64,000 bases of DNA from the human T2T-CHM13v2.0 reference genome, Homo sapiens. The notes beneath the pieces were generated by a model that ran no database searches, was not told the origin of the DNA, and worked only from the letters and a program-made list of their open reading frames with translations. The position numbers were made by a program, and so were the translations under genes. Below, piece after piece: positions 29,046 through 44,560 of this stretch. Location: the NCBI RefSeq assembly GCF_009914755.1, contig NC_060930.1; one strand, 5' to 3'. The first letter of the stretch is position 1; the number at the start of each line of letters is the position of its first letter.

Positions 29046-31534
29046 CATTTTATTTTATTTCTACTACACTGAAGGAATTGTGGAATTTGACAAGAAATCA
29101 TCATCTAAGTTTAGATAAGGGCCAATTGACTTAATGCAGTAAGAATAATAGATTAGACAAACCATATGAATAATACAACGGGAAATTACAGACACATTCA
29201 TCCTAGGTACAGAAACAAAGAATGGTGTTTTTAGTAACCATCACCTTATGACATGATAGGGAAGTCCTGTGATAAAAAAAAATTACACATAAATGATTAT
29301 GTGAGATACAAAAAAAAAAAAATTGAAAATGCCACAAAGTGAAGATAATATATATGTAGAAAAAAAGTTTAAAATAGGTAAAATAAAAATAATTAAATTA
29401 TATAAAACAAACCAACATGGCCTTCTATGTAAAAATTACCATAAAAAAGAATATAATGGGAAATGACATATCACAAGAATATAAATTTTACAATAATAAT
29501 TAAAGAATAGGCATAAAATTAGAGAGGTTAAATGCTTAGGACTGACATGTCAGATAGTGAGATAGTAGTTTACAATGCACAATAACTATACAATACTGAC
29601 ATACAACTCTACACGTTAACGGAAGATAAATATTTCATTTTAACTAATATTCAGTATGCAAATTATGCATTTTAAAGGCAAAAGATCTCAAGATAATGTC
29701 TATATTTAAGATATTTTAAGTTATATAATATTCACTGATATATTCGACACACAAACTGCCTTGTCCAGTTCCTGAATAAATCCTGAAAAAGTGCTAGCAA
29801 AATTTTAGCCTCAGTACTGACTGAATCACTATTGCTTTAACAATGCTTCTGCCTCATAGGTCTGAGCTGATCTCAGATATGTTAGGACTGGCCTCTGATG
29901 GCAATGGAGTATGCATAAATGAAGGGAAAATGAATTTATTACTGTATTGGAAATGACAAGTTTAAGGAGAACATAGAAAATGAATATTAAGTAATTATAA
30001 TGTTACATAATTATGTAAGAGAGACAAACAGAAAGAATGTAAGCATACAGTCTAATACTTTTACATATACACATACTATTATTCTATTACTGAAAGGCAT
30101 ATTTTATTACAGCTAAATATGATAGAATTTTAAGTTATTTTCCATATGTGCATACTGAGGTATAATGAATGTACTGCAATAAAATGAAATATCTAGGAAT
30201 GAAGCCAATAGGCTTCTAAAATCAACAATTAAATTTAGGTCTTATATTTGGTGAATTTCTGTACTCTGTTACTTTTGTCAATCAACATATATGCTAACTG
30301 ATTTAACTTTCCCTTTCAAGAACCACTGAATGTGAAAATAAGCTAACTCACCAATTCTTAAAGCAACCCATAGATGAGGTTCCATTTTACTCACCTTCAC
30401 CAACTTTATCTATGGGTCCTAAGCTATTTCCCAGGACCTGTGGATCCTAAGCTCATTTCCAAGTTGTTCTCTTTAATACAGTGCTGAAGATTGGAACATA
30501 GATACCTAGAATAAGGAAGAAGGTTGTGTGCCATGAGTACAATAGATTGATGATGCCAGCATTGATTTACTCAGAAGTATGTCTTGAGCAAGAAGATGCT
30601 TTCTCATGATGACTTCACACATCTTCACCTGGTATTAGAGATCTGCATTCTGCCCACAGGAGGTAGGGAGATGAAGGAAGGCAATTTTGAGCTCTCATTA
30701 TTATTTCCTGAATACAAGGACGTGGTTATGTGACAAAGAGATCCTTACGAGCAACAGGGAGAGGGTGGCATGAAGCTGCCCAGTGGCTGGGTTGGCACAG
30801 AGAGAAACAAGGCTGAAGTCTCTAGGGAACGTATGTCCTATGCTGTTAATTAGCTGATGTCACTGAGTTGTCCAGGGATGACAATCCTCAGGGAAAATGA
30901 AAATAGGGGAGAATGCCAGAGAATATCTAATCTGTCTTTTATATTATTTCATGTGTTTGACAGCGGACAGATAACTCCCTAGATCTCCCCAGCGATCTTA
31001 GCTGTTGTCGTTGAATGGCTTAGGTATTTTACAAAAAAAAAAAAAGCAAGATAAGATATTTTTTAAATAACAAGATTTTTTCCTCACAATTGCAAAAAAT
31101 ATATATATATTTAAAATAAGAATTAATTCAGTTACCTAGTATTCAGTATAAATATAGAAATGCATTTTTCACTTAATTTCATTCATAACCAATTTATAAG
31201 GAATCACAGAGTAATAATTTAGGCACATTCAAATCTTTAAGATCACTATAATTGAGGAAACCACCACATTTACTACTAAACTTCTAATGTGGCTACGAAG
31301 AAAAAAATCACAAATCCTCTATAACATTTTTCAGGTTATATCCAAATTCTTGATTTTAAAATGAAACTTACATGATTTGTTTGAATTGAACTAGGATAGC
31401 CTTTGCATTTAAGTTTCAGTTTCAAGTGATTCTGAGTTTATCAGGATAGTTTTAAATAATTCCTAAAGAAAAAGTAGAATGAAGTTGATGGGTATTTTGT
31501 CTGTTGAAGTCAAGTTTGAGGATCTATTAATCTT

Positions 31535-31851
31535 TTTTCTTTTCTTTCTTTTTTTTTTTTTTTGAGATGGAGTCTCGCTCTGCCGCCCAGGCTGGAGAGC
31601 AGTGGCGCGATCTTGGCTCACTGCAACCTCTGCTTCCCGATTTCAAGCAATCCTCTGCCTCAGCCTCCCGAGTAGCTGGGATTACAGGTGCCCATCATCA
31701 TGCCTGGCTTTTTTTTTTTTTTTTTTTTTTTAAAGTAGAGACAGGGTTTCACCGTCTTGTCCAGGCTGGTCTTGAGCTCCTGACCTCGTGATCCACCCGC
31801 CTTGGCCTCCCAAAGTGCTGGGATTACAGGCGTGAGCCACCGTGCCCAGCC
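31535..31851 (-). mobile_element. AluS
   Basis: Antisense Alu with an expanded mid A-run. Confidence 0.85.
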
Positions 31852-32379
31852 AATCTATTTTCAAAACAATTTATCTTTGTTCCACTAAACAGGCAAAAGG
31901 CAGACATAAATAACAATGTCTGACTTTGGAAAGGTTTGGCCTTAAATGTCAAGTGCAACTTCAATTTAAAAACTCCCTTTTTCCAGACTGAAACACATTT
32001 TGTTAAGAGCAATAGATGATTACTAACTAGCAACATAAGCTAGCTCAAAGAAAGACACTTAGGTTTGAAGCATCTTAGTTTTTATTAGTTAGTTGTACAA
32101 GCATAGAGAGCTTCTGTGATTAACTTTCATTCCACAGCCAGCTGCTTTCCAGATATTCATAAATTCCAGGTTTCTTTATAATAGCCTAGAGAGATAAATT
32201 ATCTCCTGCTAAAAATAGTCTTAGATTAGAACTTTCTCAGTTATCTCCCTACTAATTAAATCCCATCATAATATTTAGAAGAAGGTCTTGTAAAGGCCAG
32301 TACTGCTTAGGGTGTCCAGAGGAGGGAGGGGATTTGACCGCTGTTAACTCTTTCCTTCACAATTCACCCTTGCTGCTGG

Positions 32380-32785
32380 AAGTATTTATTGGCACAATCA
32401 TACTGGATAACAGTTTGGCATTATCTAGTAATGCTGACTAGCAATTACATTCCAAAGTTAAATATTCCCTAAAGTGATACTTGGTCATATGCCCCAGGAG
32501 ACATGTACAAGAATGCTCATAGCAGCATTGTTTGTATTAGTGAAAAACTGGAAGCAATCCAAATGCCCATCAGTAGTAAAATGGGTAAATTGTGGCATAT
32601 TCATATAACAGAGTACTATACAACAGTATTAGTAAACTACAGCTACACAAATTGAAACAGATGTCCTTCACACAAAAATGCTCAGCAAAAGGCGCAAGTC
32701 TCTTGATATAAGTTCAAAAATCGGTAAAACAATGTTTTTATAAATGCAAACATAGGTGAAAAATTTATATTCAAAAGCAAAAAGA
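32380..32785 (+). mobile_element. Old L1M 3' fragment
   Basis: caagaatgctcatagcagcattgttt...aactggaagcaatccaaatgcccatcag is L1M-like. Confidence 0.65.
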
Positions 32786-32787
32786 AG

Positions 32788-33065
32788 GGCCAGGCTCACA
32801 CCTGTAATCCCAACACTTTGAGAGGCAGAGGTGGACAGATCACTTCAGCTCAAGAGCTCCAGACCAGCCTGGGCAACATGGCAAAACCTTGTCTCTACAA
32901 AAGATACAAAGATTATCTGAGCCTGGTGGTACATACCTATAGTCCCAGCTGCACAGGAGGCTGAGGTGGGAGGATCACTTGAGCCTGGAAGGTGAAGGTT
33001 GCAGTGAGCCCGAGACCGCACCAATGCGCTCCAGCCTGGGGATTGAGCCAAACTTTGTCAAAAAG
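32788..33065 (+). mobile_element. AluJ-like
   Basis: Diverged Alu dimer followed by a purine-rich tail. Confidence 0.8.
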
Positions 33066-33388
33066 AAAGAAGGAAGGGGAGGGGAGGGGAGGGGAAGGGA
33101 CTAAAGGGGAGGGGAGAAGGAAGGAAGCAGAGTTTTCACAGACTGGAGGTGGACACTCCTTGCCCTTGTGAGGGTCTTGAAAACTCCTTCCAAAACTATT
33201 TTGTCTCTGGAAATTTGCTGAAACCTAAAAATGATTACATATAGTCTCATGGAGTAACGACTGTGAACTCTAAAAGCCTAAAACATGTGAAAAGATCCCA
33301 TAGACCACATGCTACATTTCTATCATCCCCGCCTAACACACAGGTTCAAATACTCATATGCACAAAACAAGTACTTAAGAAAGCTCCC

Positions 33389-33695
<307 letters not shown>

Positions 33696-33791
33696 AAGAA
33701 AGCTCCCAAAATTTGATTTACTATATGTTATTTGACCAATGAATGGCTGTGTTTAGGTTGCTGAATATACGAGAAACCTTAAAACAGTTAA

Positions 33792-34070
<279 letters not shown>

Positions 34071-34876
34071 GTTAGCTCATTTCTATTTTAACATATTAAA
34101 ATTTTTACTGTTGGTCATTTTGAGACCAATGCTATAATTCTTATATAATTAAGTTATGATAATTAATGACATCTAAAATTAAAAATTGTAAACATGAAAC
34201 TGACAATCACAATGAGAAACTCTTTAAATGGACAGCAAGCTGACTAAAACATTAAGAAAAGTTGATTGCCACATTTTGCTGATCATTAGTCTCTACCTAG
34301 TAAGTGAGAGTGGGGGCTTATTCAAAGGAATTGTAAAAGATATGCCATAGTTCTAAGGAAAGAGCTTAACATTGGAGTCTGCATATCTAGGTTCATATCT
34401 TGGCCCCATTGTTTAGAAGCTATGCCACTACAATAAATAATTTAACCTCCCTATTTCAGAGTATGCGAGTATGCACAATTGTAAAATAAGAATAATATTG
34501 TCCTTCAGTGTTGTGGTAAGATGAAGAATGTGGAAATGCACTATGAATTGTAAAGCATTATGTAAATGCAAAGAACTACGAGCATTTCTGGCTAAAGTCA
34601 CACCTTTTCTTCATTTTCCTAGGTCACCGTCAATCATGGCATGCTATTAGCCACTCCCTCCTTCAAGGTGTCAGCAGGGCTATGCTTTCTGAAGGCTCTA
34701 GGGGAGAATCTGTTCTACACCTTTCTTTTAGCTTTTGGTGCTGCCAGAAATCTTTAGTATTCCTTGGCTTGTAGACACATTATTCTAATGTCTGCCTCTG
34801 TTGTCATATAGTGTTCTCCCTGTGTATCTGTGTCTGTCTCTGTTTTCTTGTCTGATCCTTTATAAAAAGTTGGGCT

Positions 34877-35222
<346 letters not shown>

Positions 35223-35870
35223 CTACATGAATCCTCCTCCTCCAGTAAAGCATACTCTGTGCTTAGACTTTTTCTTTTTCTTGAAAAGCTCTCCCTACTC
35301 ATCTCCATCTAGGCAAAGATTCACATTCTGCAATGTTCAGCTCAAGTTCTATTATTTGGAAGCTTACCAAACCAATCAATTTGTTCTCATGTTTCTCTGA
35401 GCTCAAACACAATAGCCTACCGCATTAATTTGGCAATTAATCATGCATCATCTTTTTTAGTTTCTTGTATTCTCATTTACAACTTATTTAACTTATTTGC
35501 TCTTTGTTTTTACTTGTCAATTCCATTGTAAATCTTCTTAGAGTGAGGTATATAGTGATTTATTTATATTTCCTGTAGCATTTAGCAGACACAGGTTCTT
35601 AAAAGTATTTATTTAATACTACGTGGTTTAACAATCTCTTTCAACAGGCATAACTGGATATAAAATTAGAAGCTATCTTTATTCTCAATTCTCATTCTAC
35701 ACAAAAAGGAAACCCTTGTCATCTGACATTCTTCACCTCCAACAATATAATACCAGCTTACAATCTTCTGTAGATTTAAATTAAACATCTCTTCTTGCAT
35801 TATTGTGCTCATGGATCCTAAAAACTCAAATCTCTGACCACCCCCACAATTCCAAGCTCTCCCTTCCTGC

Positions 35871-36258
35871 CTGCTGTCTCAGCTCATCAAATTCTCTCTC
35901 ATTCCACCAATGGACCAACCACCTTCTCCCTGTTCTCTGGAAGTAGTTCTCAAAACCAGCTCTGCAGTTCCCTTGTCAGGATGGTCAGCAATTGCTCCAA
36001 CGTCAGAAGCTCAAAGCTCTGCTCCTGGTGTGCATATCAGACCATGGCCACCTACAAGAAAGCTTCCAGAGACCCTAGAAGAGGACTCATCAAATTGCCT
36101 AAAGCACCAGCACAAGATCTCTTGCCCAGAAAAGCTCCACTTCAAATTATATTAATATTCCCAGGTGTTCTCTTCCTTTATCTTTACTATTGGAAGTCTC
36201 TCTTATTTGAAAGAAAAGTGGAATCCAGGGTTTCTGTGCTCGTTGATTTTAATGCCAT
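35871..36258 (-). pseudogene. Decayed SCAN-domain first coding exon (ZSCAN-family relic)
   Basis: Manual minus-strand translation across frameshifts: M...ERLPIVKIKEENTWE..GQEILCWCFRQF..LWKLSCRWPWSDMHT-EQSFELLTLEQLLTILTRELQSWF*ELLPENREKVV..EREFDELRQQ, collinear with ZNF165 exon 2. Confidence 0.8.
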
Positions 36259-36677
36259 TTATAAAATGGCTCCTAGAATATGGAATCTAGATTTCTGGGA
36301 GATTCCTTCATGCACTATTGTTGAGGGACATTCCTAAGGCAAGAAATATCATTGTTAATATTGAAAAATCACAAAAATTCCTACTGAATTTAAAATAAAA
36401 TTAAGGTAATTTACTGTAAATGAAATGTGGCTATAAAAATCAAAGAAGAGGTGAGATGACGGGGAAAATGAAGTTAGGGAAAAAAACAATCAACTCTCCC
36501 CCCGAAAAAAGAGCACTTGTTACCCAACTACAATTTTAAAAAAATGACTCTAGTTATCCAACTGTCAAAAAAGTAAAAAACACAGACTGACAGAATGAAC
36601 TGGAGTCCTGAACAGACATAAGCCCAGCAAGGGTTTCAAAGAACAAGAAAGGAAAAAAGTACATAATTAATATTTGA

Positions 36678-36975
36678 TTTTTTTTTTTTTTTTTAGACAG
36701 AGTCTCGCTCTGTCACCTAGGCTGGAGTGAAGTGGCACGATCTCGGCTCACTTCAACCTCCATCTCCTGGGTTGAAGTGATTATCTTGCCTCAGCCTCCT
36801 GAGTAGCTGGGACACAGCCATGCGCCACCACGCCAGGCTAACTTTTTGTATTTTTAGTAGAGACGGGGTTTGACCATGTTGTCCAGGCTGGTCTTGAACT
36901 CCTGAGCTCAGGCAATCCACCCGCCTTGGCCTCCCAAAGTGCTGGGATTACAGGTGTGAGCTACTGCACCCAGCC
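36678..36975 (-). mobile_element. AluS with TSD
   Basis: Antisense Alu; taatatttga on both sides. Confidence 0.85.
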
Positions 36976-37629
36976 TAATATTTGATAATTAAATGAGAAT
37001 CTAAGAGGGTCAAAACAATATTCTGGCAATAAGTGGTAGTTTCTAATAAACAGCAAGCACAACACAGCCTTACCAGAGTACAAATGTACAGAGAAAGAAT
37101 GTGATGTATTAACTAGACCTGATTCCAGAACCTTGTTGACTTGATAAACCATGACCATTAAAAAAATGACAGAGCAGTGCCAGACTCAGGGAATACCTGC
37201 GTTAAGCAAGTGGAAGGAGATGGAAGGAAGTCGTTTTAATTGAAAGCATTTTGAAGATAGTGAATGAAGGTCTTTGGGGAAGATACTAATTTATCTAGTA
37301 TTTGTGGTGCCAGGTTTCTCTACCCCCCAAAATAAACCTGAATAATTAATGGCAGCAGATTAAACTCAAGAAGCTCTGGATTTTACTGGGAGAAGGAAAG
37401 AGAGGTAAGACATCTTTGCCTTTATCTTTCCATAGCTTACTACAGTGCTGGCACATCATATATATTTCAATACATACAGGTATTCGATACACATTTCTTT
37501 AAGTAGTTAATTTATTACACAATAAAAGATCAAAAATTGATAGCTGGTTATCACAGCTAAAGAAGAAAGGTAATTTGAATACTATGAAGAAATGGAGATT
37601 TTCATCAGGGACAAAATAAATGTTTGTAT

Positions 37630-37710
37630 ATTATATGGTTTGGCTCTGTGTCCCTGCCCAACCCTCATCTCGAATTGTAATTCCCATGAGGGAGGGACCT
37701 GGTGGGAGAT
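37630..37710 (+). mobile_element. MST/THE1-type LTR 5' fragment
   Basis: tatggtttggctctgtgtccc...ctcgaattgtaattccc...gggagggacctggtgggag. Confidence 0.6.
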
Positions 37711-40700
37711 GGCCTTGCTAACACTTGGTTGCAAATATTAGATTATTCAATAAGAGAGCCTTTTAATTCATGTTAGGGATCATCTCCAAAAGTGCAAAAT
37801 ATGTGCTTTGAAAAAGTACAGCTAAAAATCTAGGAAATTGTATATAAAACAAACATAAGAATACTCTAAAAGATGGAGAAAAGAAGGCAGACTGGCTAGA
37901 GATATCAGGACCCAAGGAACAACATTGTGGTGATTTCCTTTTCTTTTTGTCTTTTACATGACTGGACTGAGTGCTGAAGAAGCCAGGATCCAGGAAATGT
38001 CAATGGCCACAGACCAAAGAAAGCACCAAGAAAGAAAGCACCAAGGATTCTCTTGACCAAGACTTTCTCTAGCCAAAGGACCAGGAAAGGAGTAGCCTAG
38101 AAAAACAGTCAACTTTTAGACAATCCTTCCTAGAACCTTCAGACCATTTAAATCCTTGAATCTCCCTGAGGAATTGTTTGCTAGGTACATTATGCTTACA
38201 GTCACAATTGGGGAAGCCACAAGGGAATGAAGTAATTTTTACTGGAGTTGAGGGAGCTTATCAAGATTGAGTTCCCAGGAGCTGCAAAGAAGCTATAAAT
38301 TTTAATGTGAGGGAGTCCTTTGATCACTCTAGCTCTCACTGCACCAGATATACCCTGCCCAAGAATCATTCCATCCCTCACCCTTGTGCCTCCCAGGGGG
38401 AAGGGCAACATTCTCCCCTTTTTGTATTTTCCATTCCCTCTGAGTGAGACTTGGAAACTAACATGCCTGCCTGAGAGCACTGATATGAGCATCTGGTAAG
38501 TACAATGGGAAGTGAGCAGGCTTGGAGAAACAAGGAGAAAGCATGTCTTAAACAAGTTTAGGCTTCACTCAAGGTCAACAGGCATTGCCTAAAATATAGT
38601 AGGTACCTAATAACTACTCATGGGATGAATGAATGAATTGATTAATAGCAGCCAACTCTGTGAAATGTGAAATCCTAGATGCTGTGGTAGCTTAGTGAAG
38701 AGTGGGCTAGATTTCAAATCAAGAAGGCTGAATTCAGATTCTGGCTTTACTAAAACTCTGTTTTAGCAAACTAATGAAGATATGTGATATATATATTAGA
38801 GTTGTGAGGATTAACAAACTGAAAATATTTATTTAGTGTGGCATAGAGTACTTGATAGTGGTAACTCTTGTCTTTACATTTTTTATATCTTTGTAAAAAA
38901 TATACAGTCATAGAAATTATTCAGCTGATTTCGCGTACTTTAAATTGTTGTATCATGTTTCCAACAGGGAAAATATTTGCTTTATGGAAAACTGAGAAAG
39001 AGGGGTAATGTCTTCACTCTCATCACTACTGCCACTACCTTCCTGCACTAATGAGATCAATAAATACTCATGATCCTGCACCAAAAGTATTTCTATGTGT
39101 CTATACTCCTTTTTAATGTGCCCTATAAATTACTGAAAAGCCTTTTAATTTTTCCAGGATATTTGTTCTCCAGAGTAGCCTTTTATACATTCTCAATGTT
39201 TGATAAGTTCTGCAACCTAATCATACAAAGAGTTAGGATAAGAGATAATAATAGGCCTGGGTGAAAAAAGATAAAACCTGTAGTTGAAAAAGCTGAGTAA
39301 ATGAAGCCTGAAATGCCAATGAGTATGAACTTGGCCCAAGGTCATGAACAAAAAGGAAGATACTTGTGTCTTCAGAACTGAGATTAGAAAGAATCCAATT
39401 TGGTAGAGAAGAAAGTCAAAGGTGCAAAGGTGGGAGGAAAAATAAATAAGTGAAAATCTCTTTAGATGGTCAAAGATATTAAGCAATGAGTCATAGTTGA
39501 AGCAGCATTCTGTGACTCTTTTCCCTTTTTCTATAAATCTACTTATTCTTCCCTCTCTGCAGGCAGGTTTCCTCTTTTATTCAGCCTATAGAGCACAAAG
39601 TGACCATAGCTCAAATCTTTAAATTTCATGCCTCCACTGTTCAAGAGATAACCCCATTTTACTTGGCTATTCCCCATCTCCCTCAAAGTCCCCTGAGTGA
39701 AAGGGCAGAGACTTTTATGAAAGTAGGGAGAAGATGACAGGAGCTGTTTTCTGTTGGAAATCTGTCTTTTAAGCAGAAGTGAAGGATCCACACACTAAAA
39801 GTGGTTACTGTCAAGGTAGAGAGGAATTCCACAACCTATATGCAAAATGGAAAAAGGTATTGGCACTTTGGGCTCCAGAGAACAAAGGGCTGCCTGTCAA
39901 AAGCAGCTCTGAGAGGATCAATGCCCTGACCTTAGCATCTCTTTCATTAAAATAGGCACTGGCAGAGCAGTAGTAATGAGCAGTCTAGATCAGAGGATCT
40001 CCATTCACCAGGGAGAGGGCAGAAAGTTCATTTGAAAACTTTCTGGGGACTCTAAATAGAAATTATGGAAAATGATAAAAACAGAGATTTCTGTGGTACC
40101 CAACATGAGATATAAAGGTACAGGAGGACACAGTGAGATAAAAACCTTCCAGAAAGAACTTTTAATATTTTAATTCCTTTGCTTCCTGCAAAACTCAGTT
40201 TGTCCTCCTCTTCATCTATGTCCCCTTGATATTCCATAGTGAAAACCCTGTCTCCTGCCATCTCCATAGTTGTTAAAGAACATTGATTAAACTAATGCTA
40301 TGTGGCTGGAGTTGTGCCAAGTGGTATGATACAACTATAACTCGTGTTTCCTGAAACTAGTCAGCCTGAAGACCAGGTATAAACAGGAGGCTGTTATTTT
40401 ATCTACCATGATACGTACTGCAGCCTATGAAAAACTGCTTTAATTATTTCTGGGAGTTCCCAGGAAATTCCCACATGAGCTCCACATTCACCAGAGTCTA
40501 AAATGCCAAAGCCTTCTTCCATTTTGCATAGAAGTGTATAGAATGCCTCTCTTTCATTCTTTTATTTTCACGCTTTATTATTCAATGGAAAAGTCATCCA
40601 ACGGAGTCCTTCAGTTCTCACCACCAGACTCTCCAACCCTTTGGCTTAGACACATAACAGTGGGGCTGGATAGAGAACCAGTCATAGAGTTGCATGTAGT

Positions 40701-41003
40701 GGTGTCTCACATCCCTTGGCATGCAGCTCATTCCATCCAAAAAATCAGTCTGACTTCATAGGCAACTATAAATCATTGTTCATAAAACTGGGTTTTCCTA
40801 CATAACTATGAATAAGATTCAATACATGTGCTTTCCAAAACACTACAAGAAAGAATCATGAAAAAAAGCCAAAACAACTATATACTATATGGCCTAGGAT
40901 AAAAATTATTATAAAATGTACATTGAGAGTACATATTTCAGAAGACATTTTCTGAGTCTTTAATAAGTATATTCATTCATTCATTCAACAAACACATACC
41001 GAG

Positions 41004-41230
41004 TACTGCAACCTTGGCCTCCTGGGTTCAAGTGATTCTCCTGCCTCAGCCTCCCAAGTAGATGGGATTACAGGCACGTGCCACCACGCACAGCTAGTTT
41101 TTGTATTTTTAGTAGAGATGGGGTTTTGCCACTTTGGCCAGGCTGGTCTGGAACTCCTGGCCTCATGCGATTCTCCTGCCTCAGCCTCCCAAAGTGGTGG
41201 GATTCCAGGCATGAGCCACCTGCCCCTGGC
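41004..41230 (-). mobile_element. Truncated Alu, inverted twin of 41912-42134
   Basis: Shares private non-consensus variants with the downstream Alu. Confidence 0.9.
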
Positions 41231-41561
41231 TGTATGCCAGACATTCTACACATGTAGTAATTTTTTTAAAAGACAAATTTTCTGTTCTTATGAACTTTAC
41301 ATTTTACTGATTACAAGTTAAAAATTAAAAAAGATATTTGTGGGGGAAGACAAGAAAATTTCAGATAATGATTAGTGATATGAAGACAAAAACAGGGCAA
41401 TCTTATAAAGAAAGTCTTGAGGGAAGCTTTAGATAGGGTGGTCAGAGAATTCCAAAATGAGAAAAAACATGTAGACATAAAATTTCAGTGTGTCAGAAAA
41501 TTCTAAGGGTTACAAATTAATCATAGCAAGAGATGGCTAGAGAGGTAAGAAAGAGATCATG

Positions 41562-41725
41562 GGGCCAAGCACGGTGGCTCACGCTGTAATCCCAACACTT
41601 TGGGAGGCCAAGGCAGGTGGATCACCTGAGGTCAGGAGTTCGAGACCAGCCTGGCCAACATGGAGAAACCCTGTCTCTATTAAAAATATAAAAATTAGCC
41701 AGGCATGGTGGCATGCACCTGTAGC
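41562..41725 (+). mobile_element. Partial AluS
   Basis: Left monomer and start of right monomer. Confidence 0.8.
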
Positions 41726-41900
41726 GGGAGGAATCATGAAAAACCTTGTATGCCATGATAAGGGATTTGGAATTTGGTTTGAAGGCAATTAAAAACTATT
41801 AGAATGTTTTAAGAAATAAAGTGGAGAAGTTTTTTTGTAGAAGGATAATTCTGGATTGTAAGGGAAAACTCTGTGGGAAGGAAAACCCATTAGAAATTCA

Positions 41901-42266
<366 letters not shown>

Positions 42267-43333
42267 TCACTCAGCCCACAAGTGATGAGGTCTGGTTTCA
42301 ATGTAGGCTAACTTCAGAGTTCACATTCTCCACCATTTTTTCTCCCTCTTACAGGGTCCTCCGTTCTTCTGAAACTATCCCCTTTGTGTACACGAATGTC
42401 TTCTTAATTATTTTCCATGATAATATTTTTCCTCTACAACCTGATTCCAAGATTCTCAGGTCAAGAACTCTGTCTTCTGTTACTTTGTGTTTTCTGCAAC
42501 TCCCAGAAATGCAAGACTCAAAGTAATAATATACTTTATATACATGAACCCCTTCTTTGTAGTTATAGTTAAAATATTACAAAAATAGTAAGAGAATCTT
42601 TTAAATCTGCCTCCCTGTTTCACATAACTTTTTCTCTGTGTTCTTTAGTTTTATCTACATATATTATGTAACTTCGGATGTTACATAACTTTTTAACTTA
42701 TTTGTAAATATTTTCCTATATTGTTCACAGTTCATGTAAACTACTTTTGGAGGCTTAACTTTTTATACTTGTCAAGAAAATTAACATATTTTTCTTTTGA
42801 ATCTTGAATAAATAATATCATTTGTTTTCATTTTATTATTCCTAAATGGTAGGTGTCTGCCTGGTTTTCAAGCAGGGGGGTTCATATAGTGTTGGAAAAA
42901 TATTTGGAAAAATTCTTCATTTAAATCTCATTTTATGACATAAAGTCATTTAGTATGTCACTCATTGATGCATTTCAACACACAGCAGTCAGTCATATAC
43001 AAGGCAGAACACGCAAGAGTTGGTGACAACATCACAAGTAGGAAAAGAATTTCTGCTTACTGAGGGGAGATATATACAGATCGCATGGACATCTTGGATA
43101 AGGTGACGTTCCAGTAAGAGAGGATATATGTAAAGACAACTGATGAGGTAGGACATACCTAAGGTTCAGTGAGGTTTGAGAGAGAGCATCAGAGAGAAGG
43201 TAGGATGGCCTAAAGAAAGAACATTTAGTAAGTGGTACTAGACTAGGTGAATATATAAAAAATAACAAGGGACATTTTTTTTACTGGCAAAAATATTTCA
43301 TTCTCTGGGTCTTCATGCAGATATATTCAAGCA

Positions 43334-44560
<1,227 letters not shown>

